From: Felis catus
Lineage: Eukaryota
NCBI RefSeq assembly: GCF_018350175.1
Contig: NC_058368.1
Coordinates: 130,140,001 to 130,204,000 of the forward strand
DNA: 64,000 bases
Direction: 5' to 3'
A program made the position numbers and the translations under genes. Below, in pieces: positions 35,950 through 48,784 of the stretch. The notes beneath the pieces were generated by a model. That model made no database searches and was not told where the DNA came from. It saw nothing but the letters and a program-made list of their open reading frames with translations. The number at the start of each line of letters is the position of its first letter. Within the stretch, counting starts at the first letter, position 1.

Positions 35950-36536
35950 CATGTGAGGGTGATGAAGCTGTGAAGCAATGTCTCAGTGCCGGGATCACTA
36001 AGTGAAAATGAGCCTCTAACTTGCCTGATTGAGATAAATGATTCTGTATTTGATTATGGGAAAACCTAAGTGCAAGCAGACTTCTGACCAACCAGACAAG
36101 GGGAGAGAGTGAGTTAGCTGACAGGGTGTGAGCCACCAGATTCAAAGGTCATGCTAATTTTGGTACAAATGGGAAAGTTCAGAGTCAGTGAAGCTAGACC
36201 TTTACTTCCCATCATTTATTAAAAATAAATTCTACACATTTCTCAAACTCTTAGAAGGAAATGTCACCTCTGGGAAGGGAAGAACTTTCTCAACCTAACA
36301 ACACAATGGGAAAAGCATACCAATTTCAGTAACCAAAATTTAAACTCTGTAAACCAGAAGCATGATAGGGCAAATTAAAGGAGAGAAGGAGTTTTAGCAT
36401 ATATCATAGAGGGTTCATATTCTTATATTAAGAGACTTTGCAAATCAGTAAGAGAGATTCTGAACAACAGTTTAAACCATAAAAGCTAGGGAAGTCCATC
36501 ATACTTTAAAAAAAAATTTTTTTTAAAGTTACATTT

Positions 36537-36750
36537 GGGGCACCTGGGGGCTCAGTCGGTTAGGCATCCGACTTCAGCTCAGGTCATGACCTCACGGTTT
36601 GTGGCTTTGGGCCCTGCCTCAGGCTCTGTGCTGACAGCTCGGAGCCTGGAGCCTGCTTCAGATTCTGTGTCTCCCTCTCTCTGTTCCTCCCCCGCTTGCA
36701 CTCTCTCTGTCTCTCAAAAATAAATAAAGATTAAAAAAATTAAAAAAAAA
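36537..36750 (+). mobile_element. Can-SINE
   Basis: TSD aa(a/g)gttacattt. Confidence 0.94.
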
Positions 36751-37554
36751 AGGTTACATTTGTTAAATAGTTATAAAATATTTTTTGAAAATTATTTTGA
36801 CACGTATAATTATGCTGTGGTAAAGTATTAGTAAATTTGATCGTTATGTGCTGAAATAGTGATATTTAAGTCAGTCTTTATTTTATTTATATGCATGTCA
36901 TGAATAATTGAATGTTGATCAGTAGTTTGACTTAGCAAAGAGGGACCATCTCATGCCAGTGGACTGTAATTCTCTCAGATAAACCGTTTCCTGTTGACCA
37001 CTTTGTGTGACGGTGCCTTCCTGCTACAGCTATCAGTGCCCTAGATACTTTAATCCCCGGTGGTCATCAAAATGAAATCGAAGATATGACTGAGGGCTTG
37101 GCTGGGGTTTCAGAGTGGATATCAGACAAATTTGTTCTGATCTTGTTGCCGTCACTCAAGTTGCCCGGAAAAGAAACGAGACTATTTATGATGAACCACA
37201 TGAACTTAGAGGGGCATCGTTGGTAACTGGGGCCTTTCCATGACTCAGGAAAGAGACTGGTGTGCCATTCGGGAGTCCCAAATGATTCCAGATAATTCCT
37301 CAGTTCTCCATTGAGGCTGTGCAATGTGGCACAGTGACCAAAAGTGTTGCAGTGACCTGCTCTGCCCCATCGCTCTGGTTCCCATGCCCCATTTGGTCCT
37401 GACCATGCACTCCGTATCAGAATGTCACCTTAAAAATAAACTCTCAAGTTTTCCAAAAGTTTAAGACAGAAGCTAATTTTCTTCACTGCAGTGGATTCCT
37501 CCTTGTAATAGCAGCTTCACGTTGGAAGGCATGCATGAAGGTGGAAGTCAGGCA

Positions 37555-37765
37555 GCGTGGCAAGAGAGGGCAAAATGCTTGAGCCCCAGGAGTCTGGATG
37601 AGTCAGCCAAGCTTGGGTTTCCACACCTCTGAGGATCTGCTTGGTCACATTTCCCTCAGGGCTGACGTGTGGCATCTGGAGCATCATATGGAAACCACCA
37701 GCTGGGGCAAAGTCCTCGTGAAATGTCTGTTTAACTGTGAATGTTTACAATCACTAGGAACAGCA
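37555..37765 (+). mobile_element. MIR (diverged)
   Basis: ggagtctggatgagtcagccaagcttgggttt...tgtgaatgtttacaatcactaggaacag. Confidence 0.5.
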
Positions 37766-38718
37766 GCTCTGAGAAAGCAGAACAGGGACTCTTAACTCCC
37801 GTGCCCATCACAAAGCCTGGGGGCAGCACTGGTGTCTGCTGGGGCCTGGGGTCCTGATGTGTAGTGTGGAGGCAAGAGAAGGAAAAGAGAAAGACAGTGG
37901 TAGTGGGGACGGAATCCGCCTGACTCTGTGGGCTTCTGTGCTTGATAAAGAACTTAAGGACATGACTTCTGAGTCTCAGGTTGGAGAGATGGAGGGAGAA
38001 GTGAACACCTTGGCCACATTTACATACAATTGCTTAGTGCTTCCCCATCCTACTTGAACCATCACTTTATGGCATACAGATGATGCTCAAGGGTTGAGGA
38101 AAGGACAGAGCCAGCTGTGGGCTGCTCTTCTGGGGCCTTTGAGACTTCAGGAAATTACTGTCTGGTTGAGTCTCTGGCTAGTTTTCTAGCCTCCTGTGCC
38201 TCTCTATTTCCTTTATCTCCTCTCCATTTCCTTTAATATAAAATCCTTGTTTTCTACCCTATGAAAGCCTTAAGAAATTTAAATATATAAAAAGCAACAT
38301 AGGTTTTCAATGCTTGAAGGAAAGTTACAGCTGGATGGGTCAGAGATACTTTCTCATCTCATTGGTCATGTGAAATGAATAGAATATTCACTGAACTGGG
38401 TGTGTGGAGGGCTGCACAAATTGCAGAGGTTAAATGATTCTGGTTTTACGTCCAGAAACTTGCAGTGCAACATGTACACAGAGATCTCCAGAAGATGGGG
38501 AGTGCCAGAAGAAGGCACAACTGCAGTGCTTGGGGAGAAGAAGGAAAGGATGTGGCCGGACGTGGGCAGGCTTCGTGGAAGAGGTGGGAATTGACTTGGG
38601 CTTGTCAGGTGGAAATATGCGGAGCCACCTTCTGTGATGGGTCATCCTTCATCATGAGGTGATTTCCTCTTATGGAGGTGAGGTTGAATCTAGCATATAA
38701 AGCCATAGTAAATGCCCC

Positions 38719-38830
38719 TTTTTATTTAAATATTTATTTTTAAGAATCTCTGTATTCAACATGGGACTCAAACTCAGAACCCCAGGGTCAAGAGTTGCAT
38801 GTTCTACTGACTGAGCCAGCCAGGCGCCCA
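38719..38830 (-). mobile_element. Short Can-SINE (old type)
   Basis: ggtcaagagttgcatgttctactgactgagccagccaggcgccc; TSD aaat(g/c)ccctttt. Confidence 0.87.
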
Positions 38831-39519
38831 GCAAATCCCCTTTTTATTCAGGATCCATACCAAACACTCAACAGGTTCTTCCCCCACCCCCAAATTCTCA
38901 TGTATTCATTTTCTCCCCATAGCACCTAACCATGTAAGTAGTGTTCATAATATATTAGCTTGAGGCCTAACAAGATGCTACAAGGCCTTCAGAATCAAAG
39001 GAGACTAAAAACAGTGTTAAAACTGTTTGCCAATAGAATGTAATCTTATTCTGATTTATTGACTATGAATCATGGTAAGTATACGAATGGAAGCCTTACC
39101 AAGCCTTCCTGATAAATGGACTTTACTAAAATAGAGCATGAATGGACGTTAAATGTGAGCAATTTCTTCCTTCCGATGATTGTGCTCTGTAAGCCTGATT
39201 CCGGGAAAAAGTGTGAAGAAGGTTGTCTTCCTCACCTTTCTCCCTCATTAAGACATGTGACAAACATTCTGCGCTGGGTGCTAGGGAGTGCACAGGCAGA
39301 TAAGACGAAATCCGTTTTTGACAGAAGCCACAGGAAGTCAGGTGTGAAAGTAAACACCAACAAACTATGTTCACCTTAAAAATTCAAGAAGAATAAAGGG
39401 AAATGAGAAGACAATATTAAAGATTAGACTCATTTTGTTACTACTGTTGCAGCTTGGAATACAAAGGAATCCTGATAGTATTTCCAAGGGAGGTGGGTAA
39501 AATTCAGACACAAACTGAC

Positions 39520-39635
39520 AGGCCCGGAAGTAGTGGTGTGTTGGTAGCTCACGGTGCAGGAGCGTAAACGGCGATGACCTATAGCGGAGGACGGGCTATG
39601 GCTACTGATCACGTGAGTGTGACTCTCGTCCAGCC
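39520..39635. promoter_or_regulatory. Candidate promoter/enhancer (CpG-retaining, ETS site plus E-box)
   Basis: CCGGAAGT 39524-39531, TCACGTGA 39609-39616, about 9 CpGs in ~110 bp. Confidence 0.4.
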
Positions 39636-39663
39636 ACAGAGCAGCACAGGTCAAGTGCTTGCA

Positions 39664-39671
39664 TTTTTTTT

Positions 39672-39743
<72 letters not shown>

Positions 39744-39767
39744 TTTTTTCTTTTTTTTTTTTTTTTA
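39664..39767. repeat. (TTTC)n plus poly-T
   Basis: About 100 nt pyrimidine tract. Confidence 0.97.
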
Positions 39768-39961
39768 CCAATTCTTTGTAATGTTTTTCTCCAGCCATCC
39801 CTTTGCTGATAAGGCAACTCTTTATTGGCTCTCAGCTTTATGGAGGGGCCCTGACTTTTAACTCCCGCTTTCCCAACTTCCCTTTTGTCTCTAGCAGATC
39901 CGCACATGGTAGTTTTGTTTTGTGGTCATTGTTTCGCTTTTAAGCCCAGCCATCTATTTTT

Positions 39962-40181
39962 CTATTTTTTTTTTAATTTTTAATGTTTATTTATTTTTGA
40001 GACAGAGAGAGACAGAGCATGAACGGGGGAGGGTCAGAGAGAGAGGGAGCACAGAATCTGAAACAGGCTTCAGGCTCTGAGCCATCAGCCCAGAGCCTGA
40101 CGCGGGGCTCGAACTCACGGACCGCGAGATCGTGACCTGGCTGAAGTCGGAGGCTTAACCGACTGAGCCACCCAGGAGCCC
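39962..40181 (-). mobile_element. Young SINEC_Fc
   Basis: cacggaccgcgagatcgtgacc CpGs intact; perfect TSD cccagccatctattttt. Confidence 0.96.
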
Positions 40182-40267
40182 CCCAGCCATCTATTTTTAA
40201 GTGATGTTCTTGTAGCCAAGCATCCCTCTGTGTGCACTTTAGGGCACTCAAAATCTGCCATTAAAAA

Positions 40268-40481
40268 ATTTTTTTTTTCAAGTTTATTTGTTTTGGGAAA
40301 GAGAGAGAGAGCAGGCGAGCATGAGCAAGGGAGGAGCAGAGAGAGAGAGAGAATCCTAAGCAGTCTCTGCACTGTCAACATGGAACCCAGTGCGGGACTC
40401 CAACTCACCAACTTCGAGATCATGACCTGAGCTGAAACCAAGGGTCTGACACTTAACTGACTGAGCCACCCAGGTGCCTCT
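40268..40481 (-). mobile_element. Can-SINE
   Basis: TSD ctcaaaatctg(c/g)cat. Confidence 0.93.
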
Positions 40482-41693
40482 CAAAATCTGGCATGTTGAC
40501 AGGAAGCTTCCACCCTGATGCTTTCGGTGCTGAGGCATTCATTAAACTGGACTCTGGTAATTTGATATTTTGTTCTGATAGTTTGAACAAGGTTTCCAAT
40601 AAATGACTGAAACTGCAAATTGAGATTGTATTTCCTATAATTTTCTTAAAGTGCCAAGGTAGCAGGGGTTCCATCTAGCATGAGAGCCTAAATTGTGTTC
40701 GTGCTAGGGTTCAGACATTTTTGGCCATCCCAGATTTGATTCTTGGAGGATGAATTTGTCAGTGATCTTTCTACAGGAATGTCCATCTCGAGGCAAGAGA
40801 GCAGAGGAGTTCAGGCTGGGGTCAAGGACAACAGACTGGCATCAGGGAGGCTGGGTAATTCTGAGCACCAGTCATAGTGTCTTCTCTGAGTCAAGGCAAA
40901 AACAGGCTGGGAGTGAAACCCGAAAATGCCACTTAGAAGAAATTGCTGTAAGATGTGAGGTTCACAAGGAACACAGTTTGGGGAGACATGTGACAGAATA
41001 TACTACACATGTGGGGGAGAAATCTCCTTTCTGCTTTGGTGAAGACAGCAGCACCCCCTTACCCCACAGGCCTCCTGCAGCAGCCTCTCCATCTTTCTGT
41101 TAGCTTCCAGAACAACCTCTACAGGGCACACCGGCTTCCCCTGGGGCGCTGGAAGAGAGAGAACTTGAAGACAATGTGGCAATGGAGGGAGACCTGCATT
41201 CCTGCACGCTCCATAGCCTTTGAGATGACAGCATGAGGGGTGGGAGGAAGGTAGGTGTGGGGGTATGAAAAGGCCCCTCAGAAGCTGACTGCTGTTGTAA
41301 TCTGGGACTCCTGTGGCCTGGGCAGGGGCACAAGAATAGGCAGCAGTAGGGTGAAGACCATGGTTCCAGAAAGTGTTGGAAGGTGATTGTCTACACAAAG
41401 GAACTAAACTCACTTCTACTTGTTCAGCCTTCACAGCTCAGCTTCACATGTTATTGCCTGACTTTCCTCTTAAATTTACTTTCTAAGTGGTTTGAGGTAT
41501 GTGTTATTATCATCACTTTTCATCCTAAAAATAAGGCTTACCTATTATCTTGATTTGGCATAAAGTCCAATAACACTATGCCCAAGTCAGCATATCATCA
41601 TGGGGATACATTTATCATCATATATTGGTAGGAGCTTTGGTGTAGACGAGCATTTATGGAGGGAATAATGTTAACCCATGCTTGTTAAAGCAT

Positions 41694-41748
41694 GGGTGCC
41701 TGGGTGGCTCAGTTAGGTAAGCATCCAACTTGGGCTCAGGCCATGATC

Positions 41749-41793
<45 letters not shown>

Positions 41794-42613
41794 TGTGGGC
41801 ATATGCTTTCATTTTCTTAATATAATTTATTGTCAAGTTGGCTAACATACAGTGTGTACAGTGTGCTCTTGGTTTTGGGGATAGATTCCTGTGATTCATT
41901 GCTTACATAAAACACCCAGTGTTGATCCCAACAAGTGCCCTCCTCAACGCCCATCACCCATTTTCCCTTCTCCCCACCCCCCAATCCATCCTCAGTTTGT
42001 TCTCTGTATTTAAGAGTCTCTTATGGTTTGCCTCCCCCACTCTCTGTTTGTAACTATTATTTTCCCTTTCTCTTCCTCCATGGTCTTCTGTTAAGTTTCT
42101 CAAGTTCCACATGTGAGAGAAAGCATATGAAATCTGTATTCCTCTGACTGACTGACTTATTTCGCTTAGCCTATTATCCTCCAGTTCCATCCATGTTGCT
42201 GCGGATGGCAGGATTTTATTCTTTCTCATTGTCAAGTGGTATTCCATTGTAGTTATAAACCACATCTTCTTTATCCATTCCTTAGTTGATGGGCATTTAG
42301 GCTCTTTCCATAATTTGGCTATTGTTGAAAGTGCTTCTATAAACGGTGGGATGCAAGTGCTCCTATGAATCAGCACCCCTGTATCCTTTGGATAAATTCC
42401 TAGTAGTGCTGTTGCTGGGACATAGGGTAGTTCTCTTTTTAATTTTTTGAGGAACCTCCACAGTGGTGCACCTGCACCAGTTTGCATCCCCGCCAACAGT
42501 GCAAGAGGGTTCCCGCTTCTCCACATCCATGTCAGGCCATGATCTTATGGCTCATGAGTTTAAGCCTTGCATCTGGCTCTGCGCTGACAGTGAGGAGCCT
42601 GCTTAGAATTCTC

Positions 42614-42644
<31 letters not shown>

Positions 42645-42700
42645 GCCTATCCCCTGCTCACTTGCTCTGTCTCTCAAAAATGAATAAACATTTAAAAAAG
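41694..42700 (+). mobile_element. Can-SINE split by an L1 insertion
   Basis: Head 41694-41750, remainder 42547-42700. Confidence 0.9.
41751..42531 (-). mobile_element. Carnivore/felid L1 3' end inserted in a SINE
   Basis: ORF 41954-42526 matches the ORF2 C-terminus ([30 protein letters not shown]); perfect TSD tcaggccatgatctt at 41736-41750 and 42532-42546. Confidence 0.95.
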
Positions 42701-42709
42701 TTATATTAA

Positions 42710-42920
42710 GGGGTGCCTGGGTGACTCATTCGGTTAAGTGTCCAACTTCGGCTCAGGTCATGATCTTGTGATTTGCGAGTTTGAGCCCCGTGTCGGGCTC
42801 TGTGCTAACATCTCGGAGCCTGAAGCCTGCTTCAGATTGTGTGTCTCCCCCCTCTCTGCCCCTCCCATGCTCATGCTCTGTCTCTGTCTCTCAATAATAA
42901 ATAAAAAAATTATAAATAAA
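42710..42920 (+). mobile_element. Can-SINE inserted at the tail of the previous SINE
   Basis: TSD aa(g/a)ttatattaag. Confidence 0.93.
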
Positions 42921-43489
42921 TTATATTAAGGCAAATTCAGTGTTTATGAAAAGTGGAAAAGTGCTTTTTGGTGGAAAAGATGTATGCTTAGTGCAGAACG
43001 TGTTTCTAATAGAATCATACTTTATGAGTTTTTCCCGTGGGTGTTCTTCGAATATTTAGAAAATGTGGCAAGAGGTCTTGAAAACAAAAATCTGTGTAAT
43101 CGGTATTCTAATAGCAAAAATTCTAGAAAAAAAATTGGAAGCTAGAATGAGAACATTGATGGAGATAGAAAAATGATGATGATCGTGGTCCAGCTGGGTA
43201 ACCATTCATCTCTGGCATGATTGTGAGAGTCAGGTTGGAGAAAACCATGGCCATCTGTCATGATGTCTGCTTCAACCATCTGAGGGCTTGGTCTTCCAGT
43301 ACCCTCACTCCTTTAATGACTTACCATGGATACTTTATCTGTGCATTTATCTAAACATGTGGATGTAAACATCTCATAAGGAACCCTTATTCCATCATGA
43401 TCTTGAGCCAATTATTTCATCTTTCAGAGGATGTACTGAGGATTAACGATTATGTATTAGAGAGATTTTTACTAAAATAATTCTGGTTG

Positions 43490-43863
43490 GTAAAGACCTA
43501 CAAAATCACAATAGCAAACAAAAATAACCATTTATTTCTCATTCATATAGTCTGTGGGTGTGTCTGCCTCAGGTTGTGGATCAGGTTCCTGTTTGTTCTA
43601 TGTGAAAAAAACTCTGGGACCATAATGGAGGGGCAGAGGCTACTGGGACATACTCTTCATTTGGTGGTGGTCAGAAACTTCGGACAGACAAGCAGATACA
43701 TGCAAGGCCAGTTAGGTCTCTGCTCCAATTCCACTGAACAAAGTAAATCCCATAACCAAATCCAAAATCATCAGGGCAGAGAATACTCCTCTTCCGTGAC
43801 TCTACCCCAAGTCATAGGTGGGGCGGGGTAAATATTTGCTAAATAATAATTTAATCTACCACA
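43490..43863 (-). mobile_element. MaLR LTR (MLT1H/I/J-like)
   Basis: catttatttctca..., aacaaagtaaatcccataaccaaatccaa, ends aatctaccaca. Confidence 0.65.
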
Positions 43864-44119
43864 TTAACCTTCTTTCTCTTTTAAAGCTTTTAAAAAAATA
43901 TATAAGCATCCTGCTCTAAACCCAGTTCTAAGCCTACCACAAGTGTAGCAGGTTCTATAGAAAGCAGTGCTTCCTCTGTATTGTAAACTTAAATCTTTTT
44001 TAAGGGAGATGATATTTTGCTCATTTTATGATGCCAGTGTAATCATTTTGGTTGATCATAACAATTTTTGTTCCATTTAATCTGGACCAGCTGGCTTGGT
44101 TACTGGCTGAGTGTTATAC

Positions 44120-44305
44120 CTATGCTGTCCCATATGGTAACCACAAGGTTCATGTAGCTATTTAAGTTTAGATGAAATTCAAAACTCTAGTTCCCCAGTC
44201 ACACTAGCCACATTTCAAGTGCACATTAGCTACATGGCTAACATGTTGGGTAGTGAACATAGAGAACATATCCACCATCATAGAAAGTTCTTTTGTATAG
44301 CACTG
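44120..44305. mobile_element. MER3-like hAT MITE
   Basis: cagtcacactagccacatttcaagtgc, catcatagaaagttct. Confidence 0.8.
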
Positions 44306-44317
44306 ATTTAGATACAA

Positions 44318-44520
44318 CAATAATAATCATAACAGCTTTCATTTATCTAGCCCTAACCATATGCCCAGCGCTCTGCTGTATATGCCCCATGCCTCATTTA
44401 AGATCATCCTTGCAACCACTGTGTGACATCAGCACTATTTTTCTCATTCTTCTAATGAAGATATTGATGCTTAGTGACGGTAAATAAAAGAGCATGCTTG
44501 CCAATGGGTAACTGGCAGTG
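44318..44520 (-). mobile_element. MIR
   Basis: ataataatcataacagctttcatttat..atcatccttgcaaccactgtg. Confidence 0.65.
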
Positions 44521-45009
44521 TCATGTCTCTTTGACCAATGATCTGCTTCTAATTCACTAGCATCCTCTTTATCCAATTTGTCAAGAACAAATGTCATGAT
44601 GTCCTAGCACAGGAATGGCAGGAGGCTGGATGCTTAGTTCCCAGTCTGGGACCAGTAGGGGTATGTCAGGACCTGGCTGATAAGGTAGTAGAGTAGTGGT
44701 CTTTTCATCTCATGTGTGGTCTGATAGTCATAGTGGTAGTTGGTCCAACAATTCCCAGAGAGAGCTGCTGCCTTTTTAGGCAAAGCAGTTCATGATTCTG
44801 CCTGAGTCTGCCCTAGTGACCCCTGCAGATTTGAGTAATCTGTGCTCTCTTCTGCCGAGGAGTCTTAGCAAGAGGAGTTGAGAACATTTGAGAAGAATGT
44901 GAATGCTATGGGCTCCCCAGCCATCTCCTCATTATTGTGGTCGTAGTGAGTTCTCTGAGGCAGTAGATTACGTGCTATTACTGATGAGTGGCCAGGAGTT
45001 GTCGCCCAA

Positions 45010-45175
45010 GGGATCAGAGTTCAGAATCTGCCTGTGACATGGGGCCATGTTATACAACTTCTTTGCCCCAGTTTTCTCATGGTAAAATGGAGCTGAAATA
45101 GCCATCAGTCTGCCTTGTTGTCAGGACTAAATGGATTCCATAGCATGCCAGGCAAATTTATGGTAGGCACACGAT
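45010..45175 (+). mobile_element. MIR fragment
   Basis: ccccagttttctcatggtaaaatggag..ttgttgtcaggactaaatg. Confidence 0.6.
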
Positions 45176-46127
45176 CATACACAGTCTGAATATTATGGCC
45201 GCTCTACTCCGAGTGTGTTACACAATCCCACGACCTACAGCAAAGATAGTTTTTGGCTCATCATCTTCATTTAATAGCTGTTGCAAGCCTTTAAATCTGA
45301 AATACTGTTTACGGTCAGCTAAAAATATGGTAGCATTTTAAAACTTAAACTTTTTATGTATACTGACCGATGTTGCCCTTCTAGAACTACCCCACCTTTG
45401 GTCCCACTTAACCCCTTTCTTAATCCCTGACAACCACTAATCTGACAGCCCTTGATCACCACTAAATGTCTATAATTTTATGTTTTCAGAGTGTTATATA
45501 AGGGCAATCTTTTCTGGTATGAGAAATACACTTGTTATGGTACTAAAGTAAAATGGGTATTGCCTGTTCTCCTTTCCTAGTCTTCCAGGAGGAAAGAGCC
45601 TTTGTTACCGAGACCCACTCAGTAGTGGACTGGTAATTGTTTAATGGGAGTGATAGGCTAAAGGAAAAAACCCTGGAGAAGCCTGACAGTTGAGCTAGAT
45701 TTACACTGGAAAGGATGGAGTAACTGGAAGAAGACAATAGAATGGATAAGATAAATGAAAGGTGAGATTCTCCTGGGGTTAGGGCTTGGGGGATATTTGG
45801 GAGTTTGTAGAAATGGGAAAAGGAAATAGAGCACCTGCCATGAATGAGTAAAATTGAGAGAAGAGATGGGGAAAGGGAATTTTAAGAAATTGTGTGTGTT
45901 ATAGATGGTGTGTGTTATACTCCTTTGGTCACTTCAAAAATGCTGTAGTTTTTTTTTTATTATTATTAGTTTTTGACTATCTGGACCATTCTTTCCTTGA
46001 GTGCAAGACCATATGCTAAAATGGCCCATGAAGTAGGTGAACTTTATAGAAGAAAACATGAGATTTGATATAAATAATAGTTTCAGTGGGAAAAGGTGGT
46101 TTAAGAGATAGAGACTTGAATTAACAA

Positions 46128-46255
46128 AGAGAATCTTAAGCACTTCATGCCCAATGCAGAGCCAACACGAGGCTCAATTTCACAAATGTGAGATCATGAC
46201 CTAAGTTGAGGTCAGTAGTTCGATGCTCAACTGACTAAGCCACTCAGGCACCCCC
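46128..46255 (-). mobile_element. Can-SINE fragment
   Basis: agagaatcttaagca...gccactcaggcacccc. Confidence 0.8.
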
Positions 46256-46287
46256 AAAGTTATATTTCTTGTTGAATTAAAAAAAAA

Positions 46288-46399
46288 TTTTTAAAGTTTT
46301 ATTTATTGAAGTAATCTCTACACCTAACATAAGGGCTCGAACTCACAACCGCAACATCAAGAGTTGTGTGCCCTTCTAACTAAGCTAGCCAGGTGCCCC
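46288..46399 (-). mobile_element. Short Can-SINE (old type)
   Basis: TSD tatttcttgttgaa. Confidence 0.87.
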
Positions 46400-46669
46400 T
46401 ATTTCTTGTTGAAATTTAAGAAGATGAGTATATGGCTGCATATCCTGAGCATCACTGAGCTTATATAGAATTTATAGCTAAGATTTTCTTCCTAGAACTG
46501 ACCTGTGTTTTCCTACCCCATCTGGCACTATTCTTGCACGTTTTTTCAACAATCACCTTTATTGTCTACTACTTAAGGGAACTAAACCTGAGTTAACTAT
46601 AAACTGCAAGCTGAGTTACAGTAAGTACCATATATCTTTCATCTATTCTCTGTGGCAAGTTTTAATTTT

Positions 46670-46945
46670 TTTTTTAACGTGTTTATTTTTTTTTGTATAT
46701 GAAATTTATTGACAAATTGGTTTCCATACAACACCCAGTGCTCATCCCAAAAGGTGCCCTCCTCAATACCCATCTCCCACCCTCTCCTCCCTCCCACCCC
46801 CCATCAACCCTCAGTTTGTTCTCAGTTTTTAAGAGTCTCTTATGCTTTGGCTCTCTCCCACTCTAACCTGTTTTTTTTTTTTTCCTTCCCCTCCCCCATG
46901 GGTTCCTGTTAAGTTTCTCAGGATCCACATAAGAGTGAAACCATA
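46670..46945 (-). mobile_element. Cat L1 3' end (L1_Fc-like)
   Basis: Near-identical to 5766-6020; perfect 17-bp TSD tggcaagttttaatttt at 46653-46669 and 46946-46962. Confidence 0.96.
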
Positions 46946-47289
46946 TGGCAAGTTTTAATTTTGATAGTGATTTGTAAAATGCAGGATAATTGTATTATAC
47001 TTAAATTGCATCTGGGAAACTTTTGATGTAGTAGAAATACCTGTATTGTGAAGAAAAAAGTGTTCTATGGTTCACCATTCGGCATTTCTGCTTGCTCTCT
47101 GCATACCCATCCTGTGGGTTGCCTTTCTGCTCTGTTTTTGGTGTACTTCAGTGCATGAAAGCTTTTAATTTTGATGAAGTCCTGTTTTTTTGTTTACCTA
47201 TTTATGTATTTGTTTTTTTGTTGGCTCGCTCTTGATGGGCTATCCCTCTGTGCCTATATTTTGTTTAAAAATTTTTTTTATTTTAGCCT

Positions 47290-47496
47290 TTCTTTTTTTT
47301 TACTTAAATATTCATTTATGAGAGAGAGTGAGAGCAGGGGAGGGGCAGAGAGAGACACACACACACAGAATCTGAAGCAGGCCCTGGGCTCTGAGCTGTC
47401 AACACAGAGCCCAGTGCGGGGCTCAAACTCATGAGCCGTAAGATCATGACCTGAGCTGAAGTTGGATGCTTAACTGACTGAGACACCCAGGTGCTA
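47290..47496 (-). mobile_element. Can-SINE within an old L1M relic
   Basis: TSD t(g/a)cctatattttg. Confidence 0.9.
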
Positions 47497-47683
47497 CTCT
47501 GGTACCTATATTTTGAATCATTAAGTGTTCATATTTTTCTTTACATGTGGAGCCTCGATACCTTTCCTTCTAGAAACATTGTTATCTGGTTTGATGTATG
47601 CAAGAACTCTGTTTAGAGGTTTGTTACAGTATCTAAGAAAAAATAGTTATAAAAATAGCTTAATAGAATATATATTATGTGTT

Positions 47684-47729
47684 CACACACACATACACAC
47701 ACACATATGTGTAGCATATATATGTGTAC

Positions 47730-47768
<39 letters not shown>

Positions 47769-47770
47769 CA
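47684..47770. repeat. Compound (CA)n-(TA)n-(TG)n alternating purine/pyrimidine tract
   Basis: Direct inspection. Confidence 0.93.
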
Positions 47771-48729
47771 GTTGAGACTGATCAAATTAAATGTTCCTAA
47801 GAATAGAAAGCATGGCTTTCCCCTAGGAAGTAAAAACTACCTTATTATCAAAGTGTAATGTCTGGGTATTATGAATATTTATTCTATTACCTATGAAATG
47901 AATAGGCTGACTAAGGCTTACACCTGTCTTTTTCATTTATCTCTGTGATTTAGGTAAAAGGTTTACTACAGAAGTAGTAGTTAATGTTAAATAAAAAAAA
48001 ACCTGTAGGCCATTTTCAGTGACAAGCAGGGATTTCTTTTGGATGATTTGTCACAATTACTTTGAAAATATTTTCAGAAAACTTACCACAAGGCTTATGT
48101 GAAATGAGGGGCTCCTTTATCACCATTTGTGAAATCCCAAGCAGAAAGATCCTAATAGGTTTAAAAATGATTCTGGCATCGCACTCCTCTCACCTGCAGG
48201 GAGCCCAAGCGAGATATCCTGATGAGCACCCTGTGGTTGAGTGTTAATGACTCTGAAAAAGAACTCCTTGCGATCATGGAAAGCATCCAGTTTCTGAATC
48301 TTATTGAAAATTTCCAGCAGGTGAATCCTGCTTAGGAAGTCTCCTTACTGAAACAGGCACAGAAATTTGGATTAATCAGACACCCGGCATCTTTTAGTAA
48401 AGGTCAGATTTACACGTGTGGAGGTTTATGGATCCTGTACCTAAATGATTACAAGATGCATAAACCTCCCATATGAGTCCTCTTTCCCTTACAGAGTAGG
48501 GGGCAAAGCTGATGGTATGAGACACCAGTTTGACTGACAAAAACCAGAGAAACACAGTTACTCAACAGGATATGTGATAGAGAGCCCAGACTCCAGGCAT
48601 ATGGGCAGGAGACATAAAACCTGCAGGACTGAAAGCACAGAAAGGTTCTGTAGAAATTCAGTGCTACAATAGCTCTTTTAATTGACTTTGTCTTTTCTAT
48701 CCCACAGCTGCCATTCATGTCTCAGATTG

Positions 48730-48733
48730 TTTT

Positions 48734-48784
<51 letters not shown>

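Noticed and set aside
37067..37324. 85-aa ORF in repeat-free, mildly CpG-containing DNA
   Set aside because: No splice signals or recognisable domain; more likely non-coding
39430..39907. Lys/Glu/Arg-rich and Phe/Leu/Ser-rich ORFs
   Set aside because: Arise from the (TTTC)n tract
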